62,768 nt of DNA. It comes from a virus (Duplodnaviria > Caudoviricetes). Shown here one piece after another: positions 46,915 through 56,545 of the stretch. The notes beneath the pieces were generated by a model, which saw only the letters and a list, made by a program, of their open reading frames with translations, did no database searches and had not been told where the DNA came from. The stretch lies in the IMG/VR virus record IMGVR_UViG_3300020123_000165, positions 1 to 62,768 of that record, one strand, 5' to 3'. Within the stretch, counting starts at the first letter, position 1; each line of letters begins with the position of its first letter. Made by a program: the position numbers and the translations under genes.

Positions 46915-47203
46915 TTACAGTTTCTCCATGAACTCAGCAGAGAATACCATGAAAGCCACCACTTGCTCATCTTTGGGGACTTTGGCTACCACTGCGTGCA
47001 GGTTCTTGATGCATTCGTTGATCCGGTCACGCTGGTCGCTCGGAAGACTGGCGATCATGCCCAGGGCCAGGACTTTCTCCAGGCTGAGCTGAGGACGGTA
47101 CTGGTCGACAGGAACCATCACAGTGTAGTCGCATTTGACGCAGAGAGGAGCTTTCGATCCCTCTTTCTGGGTTCCGCATTTAGGGCAGACATATGCAACG
47201 GTA

Positions 47204-47214
<11 letters not shown>
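46915..47214 (-). CDS. Hypothetical Zn-ribbon protein
   Basis: CPKC...CVKC. Confidence 0.6.
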
Positions 47215-47766
<552 letters not shown>

Positions 47767-47770
<4 letters not shown>

Positions 47771-48081
47771 TGCTCTTGCTCCTTAGCGAAGTCAAATAGG
47801 CTTTTCCAGAGCTGCTCACGATACTCAAGAACCTGCTCTTGTTGCTGTTTGTTAAGGTTGCCGGCATGGAGTCCGGGAAACAAGTATTCAATAACGGAGA
47901 ACTTGTCTTTGATATCAGCTTTAATGAAGTCAAGCAAAGGACGAGTGAGGGGGTATGTAGGAATATACCGGCCATGGATTTCGTCCTCTACGGAGGTGAT
48001 GCAGTCGCAGATGTAAGGCGAGTATTTCTCGTCATACTTGAGACGAGCTTTAACCAGGATTTCATACAGGGTGTGTGCCAC
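47767..48081 (-). CDS. Hypothetical protein
   Basis: ORF track; GAGG RBS. Confidence 0.6.
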
Positions 48082-48120
48082 TTGAGTACCTCTTTATTGA
48101 ATTGGGACAATTCATTATAT

Positions 48121-48163
48121 GAGAAATTGGGTCATTTCGGTGGCCCAATTTCTCTTTTCTTTT
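48121..48163 (+). terminator. Strong hairpin, T-tailed on the + strand
   Basis: GAGAAATTGGGTCA-loop-TGGCCCAATTTCTC then TTTTCTTTT. Confidence 0.65.
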
Positions 48164-48548
48164 ACAGTGATTGTACCATCTTCTCAAGCTCTTCCAACGG
48201 CGTCTCGCCCAACTGATCTCTCTTCTTCTGGGCGATGAGAGCCATGATCTCCTGCTTTTTCTGGCGATTCTCTGCCTCAGTAGCAGCAGCATCACGCTCA
48301 GCTAATTTGACGTCGATGATATGTTTCACGATATCAAAGGCCAGTTGAACCGTCTCATCCGACTTGCGTTCTTTGATCACGAATGAGACGTCTTCGCTGT
48401 TCTTCAACTTAGCATGCAGATTGCGAGCAATGTCATCCAGATTAGTTTTAGATGCACTGGTGAGGGGCAGATCCCATAGATCCGATACAAACAGCATACC
48501 AATCGGGGTATCGAAATGAAGTTTGATACGAGAGGCTTTTTCAAACAT
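48162..48548 (-). CDS. Conserved hypothetical phage protein
   Basis: MFEKASR.KL.F....G....DLWDLPL...LD.IA. Confidence 0.75.
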   Translation of the reverse strand: MFEKASRIKLHFDTPIGMLFVSDLWDLPLTSASKTNLDDIARNLHAKLKNSEDVSFVIKERKSDETVQLAFDIVKHIIDVKLAERDAAATEAENRQKKQEIMALIAQKKRDQLGETPLEELEKMVQSL

Positions 48549-48559
48549 GGTGTTACTCC

Positions 48560-50566
48560 TTAGAACTTGATGTTAATGATACGAGAGAAGCTGCCCTTGA
48601 CCCGGCAGACAAGTGAGTTGCGTTGCGTACTGCTAAAACCGAGGCCACTCAGTTGATCCCGGGATTCTTCTGTACGCATACGGGAGCCCACCATCTCCAT
48701 GACCTTACGATGCGATTCCAGTGACGTATTGAGGAACTCATTATAGAATCCCCGAGCCGTACCGTCATTCTGACAACCATCGATCATGAAGAAATAATGG
48801 CGATTGCCTACTCCCTGACCATCCCAGTGGTTTGGTGATAGCATGATAGCATTAACCCGCTGGAAGGTTCGGGTCTGGATACCCCACACTTCTTGGGTCT
48901 TAACCTCTTGGGATGAAGATAGTGACTTGATCATCTCAATACCTTTATCATGTGAGTACCTGAACTGGGCCACCAAGATCGTCTCTCCATCCCTGACCGC
49001 CTTTTCATAAGCAAAGCGATGAACGTCTCCCAAGAAATCCATTTCTACTTCAAACCCCACATTTGTAGACTCACGTTTTCGGTAGTTATGTACTATCAGT
49101 TGGTAGACACCTTCTTTCATTGCCCGCTTATTGCCGTAGAAGATATTCTCTACTGGTTCCCGAGTAGATCCTACTCCAGCATTCATGTCAACGTCCAGGC
49201 GACCACCACTGGGAGAGGTATTGTTACGATTTCCAAAATAAATCTCGTAACCCCCCGGCTCTTGCATATGAAAGTCAAGGTCATCAAAATTGAACCAAGC
49301 TAACCGACAGCATAGATCACCTGAGACGTTCCCACCCGCTTTCTTTACCCGTTCTTTGATACTGTCAGTCACGTCACCATTGTATGACCAGCTGAATCCG
49401 TTGTCCCACTTGAATAGCCGCTGGGCAGTAGGGTCGACTGGAGCAATCAAACTGACCAGGTTGCCGGTGTGACTGTTGTCCATCATCACTTCAATACTGT
49501 CAGCCTTGGGAAGAATGTCAGTGATGAACTTGTCAATACTGACTTCTTCTATCCGATCTAAGCGAGGCACGCTGTCTTTGGTACTGGAAGCCAGGTCGTC
49601 GAACACACTACCTTCCATCCGCTTTCGAGCTGAACGGTCGGCGAACAGTACGTTGTTGACGGAGATGTCAGGCAGCTTGGCGTACCGCCGTTCAAGTGAT
49701 GAGGTCAATCCCAAGTCTTCCACCGTTTCCTTGGCCTTGTCAATCATCGCCTTGGTCACGAGTGCTGTCGGGCGCTTGTAGTTCTGGGGGGCCACCATCG
49801 CTTCGAACCGTTTAACAGCGTCTTCCAATTCCATGCCTTCGGACAGTTCGGTGAGCAATGTGCCAATACTGGTGTTGCGGATACGAGTGATAGCCTGAGA
49901 AATGCTGGCACTGACCTTGGTCCACACCCAGATATCGTCGGTGTATTGGGCCTTTAGTTTCTTGAACTCTGAGACCGCGAACCGGTTTTCTTCCCCTTTA
50001 TACAGGCTATTCTGATCGATGAGTTCAAGGACGGTGTCCAACGCCTCGAAAGTGATCTCATTAAGACCACGCTTGAATACGTCGAAGGTGGATCGCTTTT
50101 CGCCGAGATATGCACCGGGATCTTTCTTGACATACTCTGCAGGGATGTTGATGAAGAAGTGGTTCCAGGTCTTGACACCGTTGATAGTGTCTTCGAAGTT
50201 CTTGTCCGTGCCGGCAGTACGTTCTTCATGCGTGAACACGTTGTCAATCGGGAAGGACTTAACGAAAAAAGCCATCTTATCAGCAACATCCTGATACTCA
50301 GGCTCACCACTGATAGTCGTGTCCCAGAGACTGACTACCTTGCCGTCAATGATAGCGACCACATTGCCGACCGCACGAATGAACTGTTTGCAGCACGAGC
50401 AGTCATGCTCAGTGCGTTCACGATACAGCGGATTGGATCCCTCAGGAAAGCTGTTGAGATAGGTATCCCACAGACCTTCCTTTGGAGCCTGTGTGCGGTA
50501 CAGCGGGTGTTGTTGCATAGTGGCGAATTGCCGAGCAACCGCCTCTTTAAAAGCTACGAAATTCAT
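48560..50566 (-). CDS. Large conserved phage protein (668 aa) with HDCxxC and YfaP/DUF2135-like region
   Basis: HDCSCCKQFIR; DDLDFH..P....IYF; GRLDVD.N...PVENI. Confidence 0.7.
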   Translation of the reverse strand: MNFVAFKEAVARQFATMQQHPLYRTQAPKEGLWDTYLNSFPEGSNPLYRERTEHDCSCCKQFIRAVGNVVAIIDGKVVSLWDTTISGEPEYQDVADKMAFFVKSFPIDNVFTHEERTAGTDKNFEDTINGVKTWNHFFINIPAEYVKKDPGAYLGEKRSTFDVFKRGLNEITFEALDTVLELIDQNSLYKGEENRFAVSEFKKLKAQYTDDIWVWTKVSASISQAITRIRNTSIGTLLTELSEGMELEDAVKRFEAMVAPQNYKRPTALVTKAMIDKAKETVEDLGLTSSLERRYAKLPDISVNNVLFADRSARKRMEGSVFDDLASSTKDSVPRLDRIEEVSIDKFITDILPKADSIEVMMDNSHTGNLVSLIAPVDPTAQRLFKWDNGFSWSYNGDVTDSIKERVKKAGGNVSGDLCCRLAWFNFDDLDFHMQEPGGYEIYFGNRNNTSPSGGRLDVDMNAGVGSTREPVENIFYGNKRAMKEGVYQLIVHNYRKRESTNVGFEVEMDFLGDVHRFAYEKAVRDGETILVAQFRYSHDKGIEMIKSLSSSQEVKTQEVWGIQTRTFQRVNAIMLSPNHWDGQGVGNRHYFFMIDGCQNDGTARGFYNEFLNTSLESHRKVMEMVGSRMRTEESRDQLSGLGFSSTQRNSLVCRVKGSFSRIINIKF

Positions 50567-50593
50567 TACGAATCTCCTTAAATGGCAAACAAG

Positions 50594-50839
50594 TTAGTTG
50601 TGAATGATGCCGCCATTGAGTTGACGGCGACGACGAGCGATCTCGCGCTTGCCATTGGTCTGTCCACCCAGCATTTCCCTCCAAGGGGTTCCGGAATTGG
50701 TCTGGCCTTTCCCACTGGGCTTGTTTTGACCATGGCCGCGAGAAACATATTCCCCCATTTGAGACAATGCAGCATTGAGACCCGACATGGCAATAAGGGC
50801 CATCATAGCTTTGGCTCGAGCGAACGGATTTGACTTCAT
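50594..50839 (-). CDS. Small basic hypothetical protein
   Basis: AAGGAG RBS; ORF track. Confidence 0.6.
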   Translation of the reverse strand: MKSNPFARAKAMMALIAMSGLNAALSQMGEYVSRGHGQNKPSGKGQTNSGTPWREMLGGQTNGKREIARRRRQLNGGIIHN

Positions 50840-50929
50840 TTACTTCTCCTTAAGGCTTAGGTTGTGGAACGTGTCCACGATGATCATGCCAGCTCATTTC
50901 TCGCTCCAGGTATGGGTTAGTGACAATTC

Positions 50930-50958
50930 ATTATATCCTAACCCAATCCCATGGTCAG
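50930..50958 (-). promoter_or_regulatory. Sigma70-like promoter
   Basis: CTGACC-N17-TATAATGAA; -10 flanked by TGGGTTAG/CTAACCCA inverted repeat. Confidence 0.65.
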
Positions 50959-51497
50959 TACTTGTTCTGGATTCTTTCTTCGTTAGTGCGATGCTTAGCC
51001 ATGTAAATAGCATGGAAGTCATGGCCTTGATGACGAATCACCATCAGCAGACGATAAAGCACCTGGGCGACTTGAGCTTGGAACTGCTCCAGATCGGTAA
51101 CCTGGGGATTCCGTTTCCAATGTTTGGCCTTCAGCATGTTAACTGCCAGGCCCAGAGCGATAGACACGTCCAGCATTTGGTAGGTCCAAGGGAGGCCTTC
51201 GTATTGGTCTGCCTGGCGCAGTGCTTCGATCCGGTCACTGGTAATGCCCGCCAGGATACAGAGTTCTACCGCGAAGTGGAGACAGTCAGCCAGTTCTTCG
51301 CTCAGTGACTGGGGAGTGGCTGTCCAAACCTCTACCATTTCCTCTTGCAGATACCAGGACATCAGCCGGAACCAATCTTGACCGGCTCGACTGGTAAAAT
51401 CTAGCGGAACCGGGGGTGGGGTATATCCCAGTTCGGTTTCGACAGGAGCCAGTTTTTCCATCAGGCTACGTTGGAATTCAAATACTTTTTGCAGCAT
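50955..51497 (-). CDS. All-alpha NTP pyrophosphatase (dUTPase/dCTPase, MazG-like)
   Basis: EE..E, EELADCLHF, LK.K.WK, Y..K...N..R....Y. Confidence 0.8.
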   Translation of the reverse strand: MLQKVFEFQRSLMEKLAPVETELGYTPPPVPLDFTSRAGQDWFRLMSWYLQEEMVEVWTATPQSLSEELADCLHFAVELCILAGITSDRIEALRQADQYEGLPWTYQMLDVSIALGLAVNMLKAKHWKRNPQVTDLEQFQAQVAQVLYRLLMVIRHQGHDFHAIYMAKHRTNEERIQNKY

Positions 51498-51498
51498 T

Positions 51499-51984
51499 TT
51501 ACATCCTTTCCAGTGCAGAAGTGAGGTTGCGAAGAAGTGTTGGATAAGAACGGGGGTTGGTGAAATCATATATGAAATCAGGCTCCAGCTCCATCATCAG
51601 ATCCTGATATGCGTCGTACAATGCTATGAGATTCTCATGCGTTCCTTGCATCTGGTCACGCAGTTCGTATGTGGCCTTGATCGTTTGGATGTTCGGGCAG
51701 CAGAAGACCAGGTAATGTTTGGCCCGAGCCTTATATGCCGCTTCTTTGGTCATGGCTGTGGTACTGCGGATGATGGGACCATATACCAGGTCACTGATAT
51801 TCGGGTGACGGTCCAAAATCAAAGTTTTCGGGCAGGCGTTTGCCCAGTTGTGCCACCGCTGTGCCTCTTCCAGTGACTTCGCCGTTGAGCGATGCGCGTG
51901 TGCGTACGGGAGCTTAAAATGCTCACTGAGCTGATTGATCAAGGTGCTCTTCCCTGCGTTATCCATTCCTTCTATGATTATCAT
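51499..51984 (-). CDS. dNMP kinase (thymidylate-kinase-like)
   Basis: IIEGMDNAGKSTL, ILDRH..SDLVYG. Confidence 0.85.
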   Translation of the reverse strand: MIIIEGMDNAGKSTLINQLSEHFKLPYAHAHRSTAKSLEEAQRWHNWANACPKTLILDRHPNISDLVYGPIIRSTTAMTKEAAYKARAKHYLVFCCPNIQTIKATYELRDQMQGTHENLIALYDAYQDLMMELEPDFIYDFTNPRSYPTLLRNLTSALERM

Positions 51985-52125
51985 TGATGTCCCCGGAAAT
52001 AAAGATACATTATAAACTAAAACTTTTAGACGAGTTTAATTTTTCAGGGTAAAATGGAACTCCCTGGACAGAAAAAATGATCTCTGTTGTAGGGGAAGAT
52101 AACAATTCACGTAGGGAAAGATAAC

Positions 52126-52341
52126 ATGATAAGTGTAGGTGAGGCGGCTACTCAACTGGGGGAGAGTTACCATTGGGTCTCTCGTTGGGTGAAGAAAAAG
52201 AACCTGGGTCAGAAGTGTGGTTGGGGTGTAGTCCTGAGTGAGGACGATGTAAAAACTCTGAAAACCTGCGGAAGACTTGGGAACAACCATGGTAATGAAA
52301 AGATTGCACAAAACCCCTCCGCAGATCACGCGATTATATAG
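52126..52341 (+). CDS. Small HTH protein
   Basis: SVGEAATQLGESYHWVSRW. Confidence 0.65.
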   Translation: MISVGEAATQLGESYHWVSRWVKKKNLGQKCGWGVVLSEDDVKTLKTCGRLGNNHGNEKIAQNPSADHAII

Positions 52342-54415
52342 TAGGGGCATCAAAAGCGTTATACCTCTTCTGCACGGAAAATCCCCAGGATATGAGGGTT
52401 GGCAGAAGGTTACTGATGAAGAAGCTCAGAAGAAAATCTGGGGATGGTCAGGTGACCAGGAAGACCAGAAAGTAAACTTCGGTTTGCGTCTCGGTCCTCA
52501 ATGGGGCGATATATGTGACATTGACCTTGACAGTAGCGAAGCTCGTCAACTGGCGGATTATTACCTGCCTGAGACGGCTAAGTTCGGTCGAGGAGGCAAT
52601 TGTACTCACTACCTGTATAAGCAACTTGGCGGTAAGAGTGACAAGAACCCATCTAAGCGATACCAATGGGACAAGCGTAACGAGAAATCGGTATTGCTTG
52701 AGCTCAGGGCTTCGGGTCAGACAATGGGACCTGGGAGCGTACACCCTGAGACAGGTGAAGCGATCGAGTGGATGAATGAAGAGGAGATCAGGGAAGTTGA
52801 ATCTGCCGATCTCCTTCGTTGCGTTAATAACCTCGCTGCAGCATCTCTTCTGTTTCGCGATTGGCAGAGTGGTGGTCGCGATGAGCTGGCTGTGTGCCTT
52901 GTGGGATCCATGGTACGCGGTGATTGGGATGACTCTGACATAGACGCGTTCCTTGAACCCATATTGATTGAGTCTGGGGATGAGGAGAGTGTCAAGCGTC
53001 TGAAGGCTGAGCGTCTTCGTCATGAGCTTGAAAGTGGCGGCCGCGTTCCGGGTCTCAAAAGACTGCGAGAACTCTGTTCGGGTGGTGGTCTGGGTGTCCA
53101 GGGATTCGAGCGTATCGTTGAATGGCTCGAACTGGGTGGTGGTGACATACTTGAGGAAATCAATAATGACTTTGCTGTGGTGTCTCTTCGTGGGGGCGGT
53201 GTCGCTATTATGCGTGAGCGAGGCGAGAGCGTGGAGTTTATGGATAAGTCTAGCTTCAATCTACTCTGGGCTAATCGTATGGTGGGCCATCGTGGTCGAG
53301 ATGTCACAGCGGACCGTTTTTGGCTCGCTCACAAAGATCGTCGCGAATATCTAGGCGGAGTGGTCTTTCGTCCTGGCCAGGAATGTGCGCAGGGTGAGTA
53401 TAATCTCTGGCGTGGCTTCTCAGTGGAGCCGGCTGAGGGAACCTGGGGATGTGGATGGGAGATCTTCCGTGATCATCTGATGGGTGATGTCTGTGGGGGT
53501 GATGAGCGTATCTTTGAATGGCTCATCGGCTGGATGGCTCATCGTGTTCAACGCCCCTGGGAGGTTCCTGAGTCCGCTGTAGTGTTGATTGGTGAACGCG
53601 GCGATGGCAAATCATCTGTATTCAAGATCCTGGGATCGCTGTTCGGCAAGCATTATATGACCGTGACCAACCCTCGACAGTTGATGGGCAACTTCAACGC
53701 TCACCTGATGGATAAAGTTCTGGTCCTGGCGGATGAAGCTGTCTGGGGCGGTGATAAAACCAACGAAGGTATTCTGAAGGTGATGATCTCGGAAGATAAG
53801 CGGGTCATCGAAATCAAAGGCAAGGACGCTTTCGAGGTTGATAACTGCACTGCCTATGGTATATGCTCAAACAACGATTGGGTGGTCCCTGTTGGTCGCC
53901 AGGAGCGTCGCTTCCTGATCCTACGTACAGGTAGTAGTAGGCAGGGTGACCTCGCGTTCTGGGATCAGATGTATGATGTGATGAGTGCTAGCGGCGGTGG
54001 TCTTGCACGCATGCTGTACGACCTTCAGGCAGTGGATCTTTCGACGTGTGTGGGTGGGCAACAGTGGCGGGGCAATCGGCCGCCATCAACCTCGGAGCTT
54101 CAGCTGCAAGCATCTCGTGGCATGGAGCATTGGGTGCAATTCCTGGTATGGAAGTGGGAGAAGGATGCTTTCTCTGGTGGGGGAGTGTTCGCCGACGACC
54201 TGTACACCGAGTATTGCAGTTGGGTCTCTCGTATGGGTTGGCGATGTGAGACTGAGAAAGTGTTTCTAACCTGCGTAGATCGAATGCTAGGGGGAGTGAT
54301 GGTGAAGGTTCGCCGCCGTAAAATGCTCAGAGACGGCTCTCACTGTATGAGAAACCGCCTGGAGTTCGGGAGTGTAGCAGAAGTTAAGGGGGCCATCGAT
54401 TCATTTGTAGGATAG
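52289..54415 (+). CDS. Primase-helicase (Prim-Pol plus SF3-type helicase)
   Basis: DIDLD, HYLY, GS.HPETG; GERGDGKS, FN, ADE, SNN, RRF; exact start uncertain (52289/52295). Confidence 0.9.
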   Translation: MVMKRLHKTPPQITRLYSRGIKSVIPLLHGKSPGYEGWQKVTDEEAQKKIWGWSGDQEDQKVNFGLRLGPQWGDICDIDLDSSEARQLADYYLPETAKFGRGGNCTHYLYKQLGGKSDKNPSKRYQWDKRNEKSVLLELRASGQTMGPGSVHPETGEAIEWMNEEEIREVESADLLRCVNNLAAASLLFRDWQSGGRDELAVCLVGSMVRGDWDDSDIDAFLEPILIESGDEESVKRLKAERLRHELESGGRVPGLKRLRELCSGGGLGVQGFERIVEWLELGGGDILEEINNDFAVVSLRGGGVAIMRERGESVEFMDKSSFNLLWANRMVGHRGRDVTADRFWLAHKDRREYLGGVVFRPGQECAQGEYNLWRGFSVEPAEGTWGCGWEIFRDHLMGDVCGGDERIFEWLIGWMAHRVQRPWEVPESAVVLIGERGDGKSSVFKILGSLFGKHYMTVTNPRQLMGNFNAHLMDKVLVLADEAVWGGDKTNEGILKVMISEDKRVIEIKGKDAFEVDNCTAYGICSNNDWVVPVGRQERRFLILRTGSSRQGDLAFWDQMYDVMSASGGGLARMLYDLQAVDLSTCVGGQQWRGNRPPSTSELQLQASRGMEHWVQFLVWKWEKDAFSGGGVFADDLYTEYCSWVSRMGWRCETEKVFLTCVDRMLGGVMVKVRRRKMLRDGSHCMRNRLEFGSVAEVKGAIDSFVG

Positions 54416-54608
54416 CTCTTAAGCCTTGAGTGGTCAAGTGGTAAGATGAGAGGTACGGGAAATGCTCCAGCGGTGGACGTTGGGGCATTCCTTTTGTGTA
54501 GTGCATCCAGAGCTGTCGTCGCGTGAAGCGGGGCTGTTCGGTGAGTGCCTTGAGAGCTTTACGTAAGCGAGATGGTGAATATGGTATGGTGGTCGTGGTC
54601 GTGGTCAT
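54384..54608 (-). CDS. Hypothetical protein
   Basis: ORF track; ATGA coupling to upstream gene. Confidence 0.45.
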   Translation of the reverse strand: MTTTTTTIPYSPSRLRKALKALTEQPRFTRRQLWMHYTKGMPQRPPLEHFPYLSSYHLTTQGLRAILQMNRWPP

Positions 54609-54922
54609 TTGAACCATTCCAGAGGGAACTCGACAGTGCGGATCAGCTTCTGGGATTGTGGGGTTCGTGAGTATTTAACAGTTGATGCTAGCTCTGCGGG
54701 AAGTATTGCTCGAAGTTTCCTGAGGGGCATATTGACCACTTGAGCTAGTCTGGCTAACGGTACCCTACCTTTATAGGAGGAGGCTATCAAATCCTTGATC
54801 GCTTGGGATTTTAGAAGACTGGAGATATCTCTTACCTTTTTGTAGTCCTCAGACAAAGTAATACTAAGGTAGCTTACAGTATCTTCTAAGCGGCGTATAC
54901 GTTCTTCGAGTGACGGTTTCAT
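54605..54922 (-). CDS. Hypothetical protein, possible HTH
   Basis: ORF track; directly after promoter. Confidence 0.55.
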   Translation of the reverse strand: MKPSLEERIRRLEDTVSYLSITLSEDYKKVRDISSLLKSQAIKDLIASSYKGRVPLARLAQVVNMPLRKLRAILPAELASTVKYSRTPQSQKLIRTVEFPLEWFK

Positions 54923-54951
54923 GTGAGTCCATTGGGTTAGTGGAGTGATAA

Positions 54952-54980
54952 ATTATATTCCAAGTGGGTCATCTTGTATA
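54952..54980 (-). promoter_or_regulatory. Sigma70-like promoter
   Basis: TATACA-N17-TATAAT on minus strand. Confidence 0.65.
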
Positions 54981-54984
54981 TAAA

Positions 54985-55400
54985 CAAACTGATTTACCTT
55001 TAGCACATTGGAATATGTTTTTAGAATAAGGTAAATCAGAAAAAATTTTCCTGAGTATAAAAAATAGGCAAAAAAATGAAAAAACTTAGATGAATCAATT
55101 CCCATCTGTCCTAAAATATGTTTTTATGCTAACAAAAAGTTATATAAATCAGGGGTTTAGAATTAACTTAGACGACTTAGACCAGACGCGGGGTTCCCGG
55201 TCCGTAAATTTTTTCACTGAAAAAAAAGCCCTTTTCAAAAAAACACCTTTTTACTATTTTACTTTTTTGTTAGGTTAGTCTAAGAATATACTATAAGTTA
55301 CTGATATATATACTTTTTTTTTATTGACGAAGACTTAGATCAAGATATGAGAATCTATTGTAGGACGTATCAATATTTTAGGACATAGGCATATACTCTC
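54985..55400. other. AT-rich non-coding region with inverted repeats; candidate replication origin
   Basis: A/T tracts; IRs 54989-55000/55028-39 and 55107-19/55373-85; repeated ACTTAGA. Confidence 0.5.
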
Positions 55401-55421
55401 GATGGCAAATCGAGCCGCAAC

Positions 55422-55447
55422 AAAAATGCCCCCGGGGGTGGGGGGCA
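55422..55447 (-). terminator. Probable intrinsic terminator
   Basis: TGCCCCC-loop-GGGGGCA-TTTTT on minus strand. Confidence 0.6.
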
Positions 55448-55519
55448 GTGGGGTTTTAAAGGTACCTGGGAGATTACTGGCGGGGTGTACGCTGGCGGCG
55501 TATCAGTGCCGCGGTAGGG

Positions 55520-55708
55520 TCACTTACCCGCGTAACTGAAGGCCGCTACGAGGGCGATCAAGACAATGAGGTAATATACCAATTCTCGACCTGAACATGG
55601 AAATGGCTGAGGCTCGAGAGGAGCCTCGTTCCGATGCGGCGGGAACAGCTCCCCAATGAAATTCACCACCATGATGACGCCGAGGATCAGGCCGATGAAG
55701 TGGATCAT
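55520..55708 (-). CDS. Small two-TM membrane protein
   Basis: Two hydrophobic segments; coupled ORF. Confidence 0.6.
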   Translation of the reverse strand: MIHFIGLILGVIMVVNFIGELFPPHRNEAPLEPQPFPCSGRELVYYLIVLIALVAAFSYAGK

Positions 55709-55932
55709 GACAGCAGTCTCTGGCCAGCACCAGACACGGGACGGCCCGCGGGGATATGAGCCTTGGAACCTGCCTGATAACCCGCGTGGGACATGTTATG
55801 CTTGCCTCGGCGTCCTGAACCATCCTCCCCAAATGCCTCGACCATCGCTCGATCCCGGGGAGCCGCCGCAGGGTCTGCAGCGAGCGCCAGCAGCTTGCGG
55901 ATCTTATCCTGTAGTCTGGTATCAGTACGCAT
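55705..55932 (-). CDS. DUF2786-like protein, apparently internally deleted
   Basis: KIRKLLALA N-terminus joined after few residues to GYQAG..A.I C-terminus; only 75 aa. Confidence 0.55.
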   Translation of the reverse strand: MRTDTRLQDKIRKLLALAADPAAAPRDRAMVEAFGEDGSGRRGKHNMSHAGYQAGSKAHIPAGRPVSGAGQRLLS

Positions 55933-55943
55933 GGCGTAGCTCC
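55922..55943. repeat. 22-bp direct repeat, copy 1 (RBS + start, MRTD)
   Basis: TCAGTACGCATGGCGTAGCTCC identical at 56301-56322. Confidence 0.95.
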
Positions 55944-56159
55944 TTAATACGGCGGGGTGTCAGCGAGGAAGTCGAACAGGTCAGCCTCAGCACGGCGTTC
56001 CAGTCGGCAGGTGGGAGTGCGACCGGCCAGGATGTGGTTCGCAGCTTTCTTGAACCGGCGATCCAGGGTACGGCTGAGGACAGCCTGCCTCTTGGTCAGG
56101 CCACCGTAGGCCATGTCCAGGGCGATCAGCTTGGCGTAAGTATATTCGGGCATGATCAC
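55944..56159 (-). CDS. Hypothetical protein
   Basis: ORF track; coupled. Confidence 0.55.
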   Translation of the reverse strand: MIMPEYTYAKLIALDMAYGGLTKRQAVLSRTLDRRFKKAANHILAGRTPTCRLERRAEADLFDFLADTPPY

Positions 56160-56311
56160 ATTCCGATGAAGGCGAAGGTCAGGTCAGAGAACCAGTGGTT
56201 CCCGCGATCCTGGGCCGTGGGAGCCAGGTCCTTGCAGTGCAGGACCATAGCACGGTAATAGGCGGGGCTCAGTCCCATCAGCGATGGGCAGATACGGATG
56301 TCAGTACGCAT
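56156..56311 (-). CDS. Hypothetical protein (51 aa, MRTDIR...)
   Basis: GGAG RBS within the 22-bp repeat. Confidence 0.55.
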   Translation of the reverse strand: MRTDIRICPSLMGLSPAYYRAMVLHCKDLAPTAQDRGNHWFSDLTFAFIGM

Positions 56312-56322
56312 GGCGTAGCTCC
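56301..56322. repeat. 22-bp direct repeat, copy 2
   Basis: Identical to 55922-55943. Confidence 0.95.
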
Positions 56323-56483
56323 CTAGCTGGGGCCCAACCGAGTCGGGCCAGGTCCTCCTGAACCTCTTCCAATGAACCTGACAGCAGAGGACCATCGCCC
56401 AGCTGATAGCTGTAATGGCCTCGTTGCCAGAGAATAGCCCGGTCAGTACCATTTTTGACCATGGGGCAGATAAAGTTGACCAT
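56301..56483 (-). CDS. Hypothetical protein
   Basis: AGGAG RBS before ATG 56483. Confidence 0.5.
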   Translation of the reverse strand: MVNFICPMVKNGTDRAILWQRGHYSYQLGDGPLLSGSLEEVQEDLARLGWAPARELRHAY

Positions 56484-56545
56484 GTCACTTCTCCTGTGTG
56501 GGTAGATGTGCAGGGACCGCGGAAGGCAGTCCCTACCATCTGCCA

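Noticed and set aside
55090-55278. 62-aa ORF in the AT-rich region
   Set aside because: No RBS, and composition reflects A/T tracts unlike the rest of the genome.
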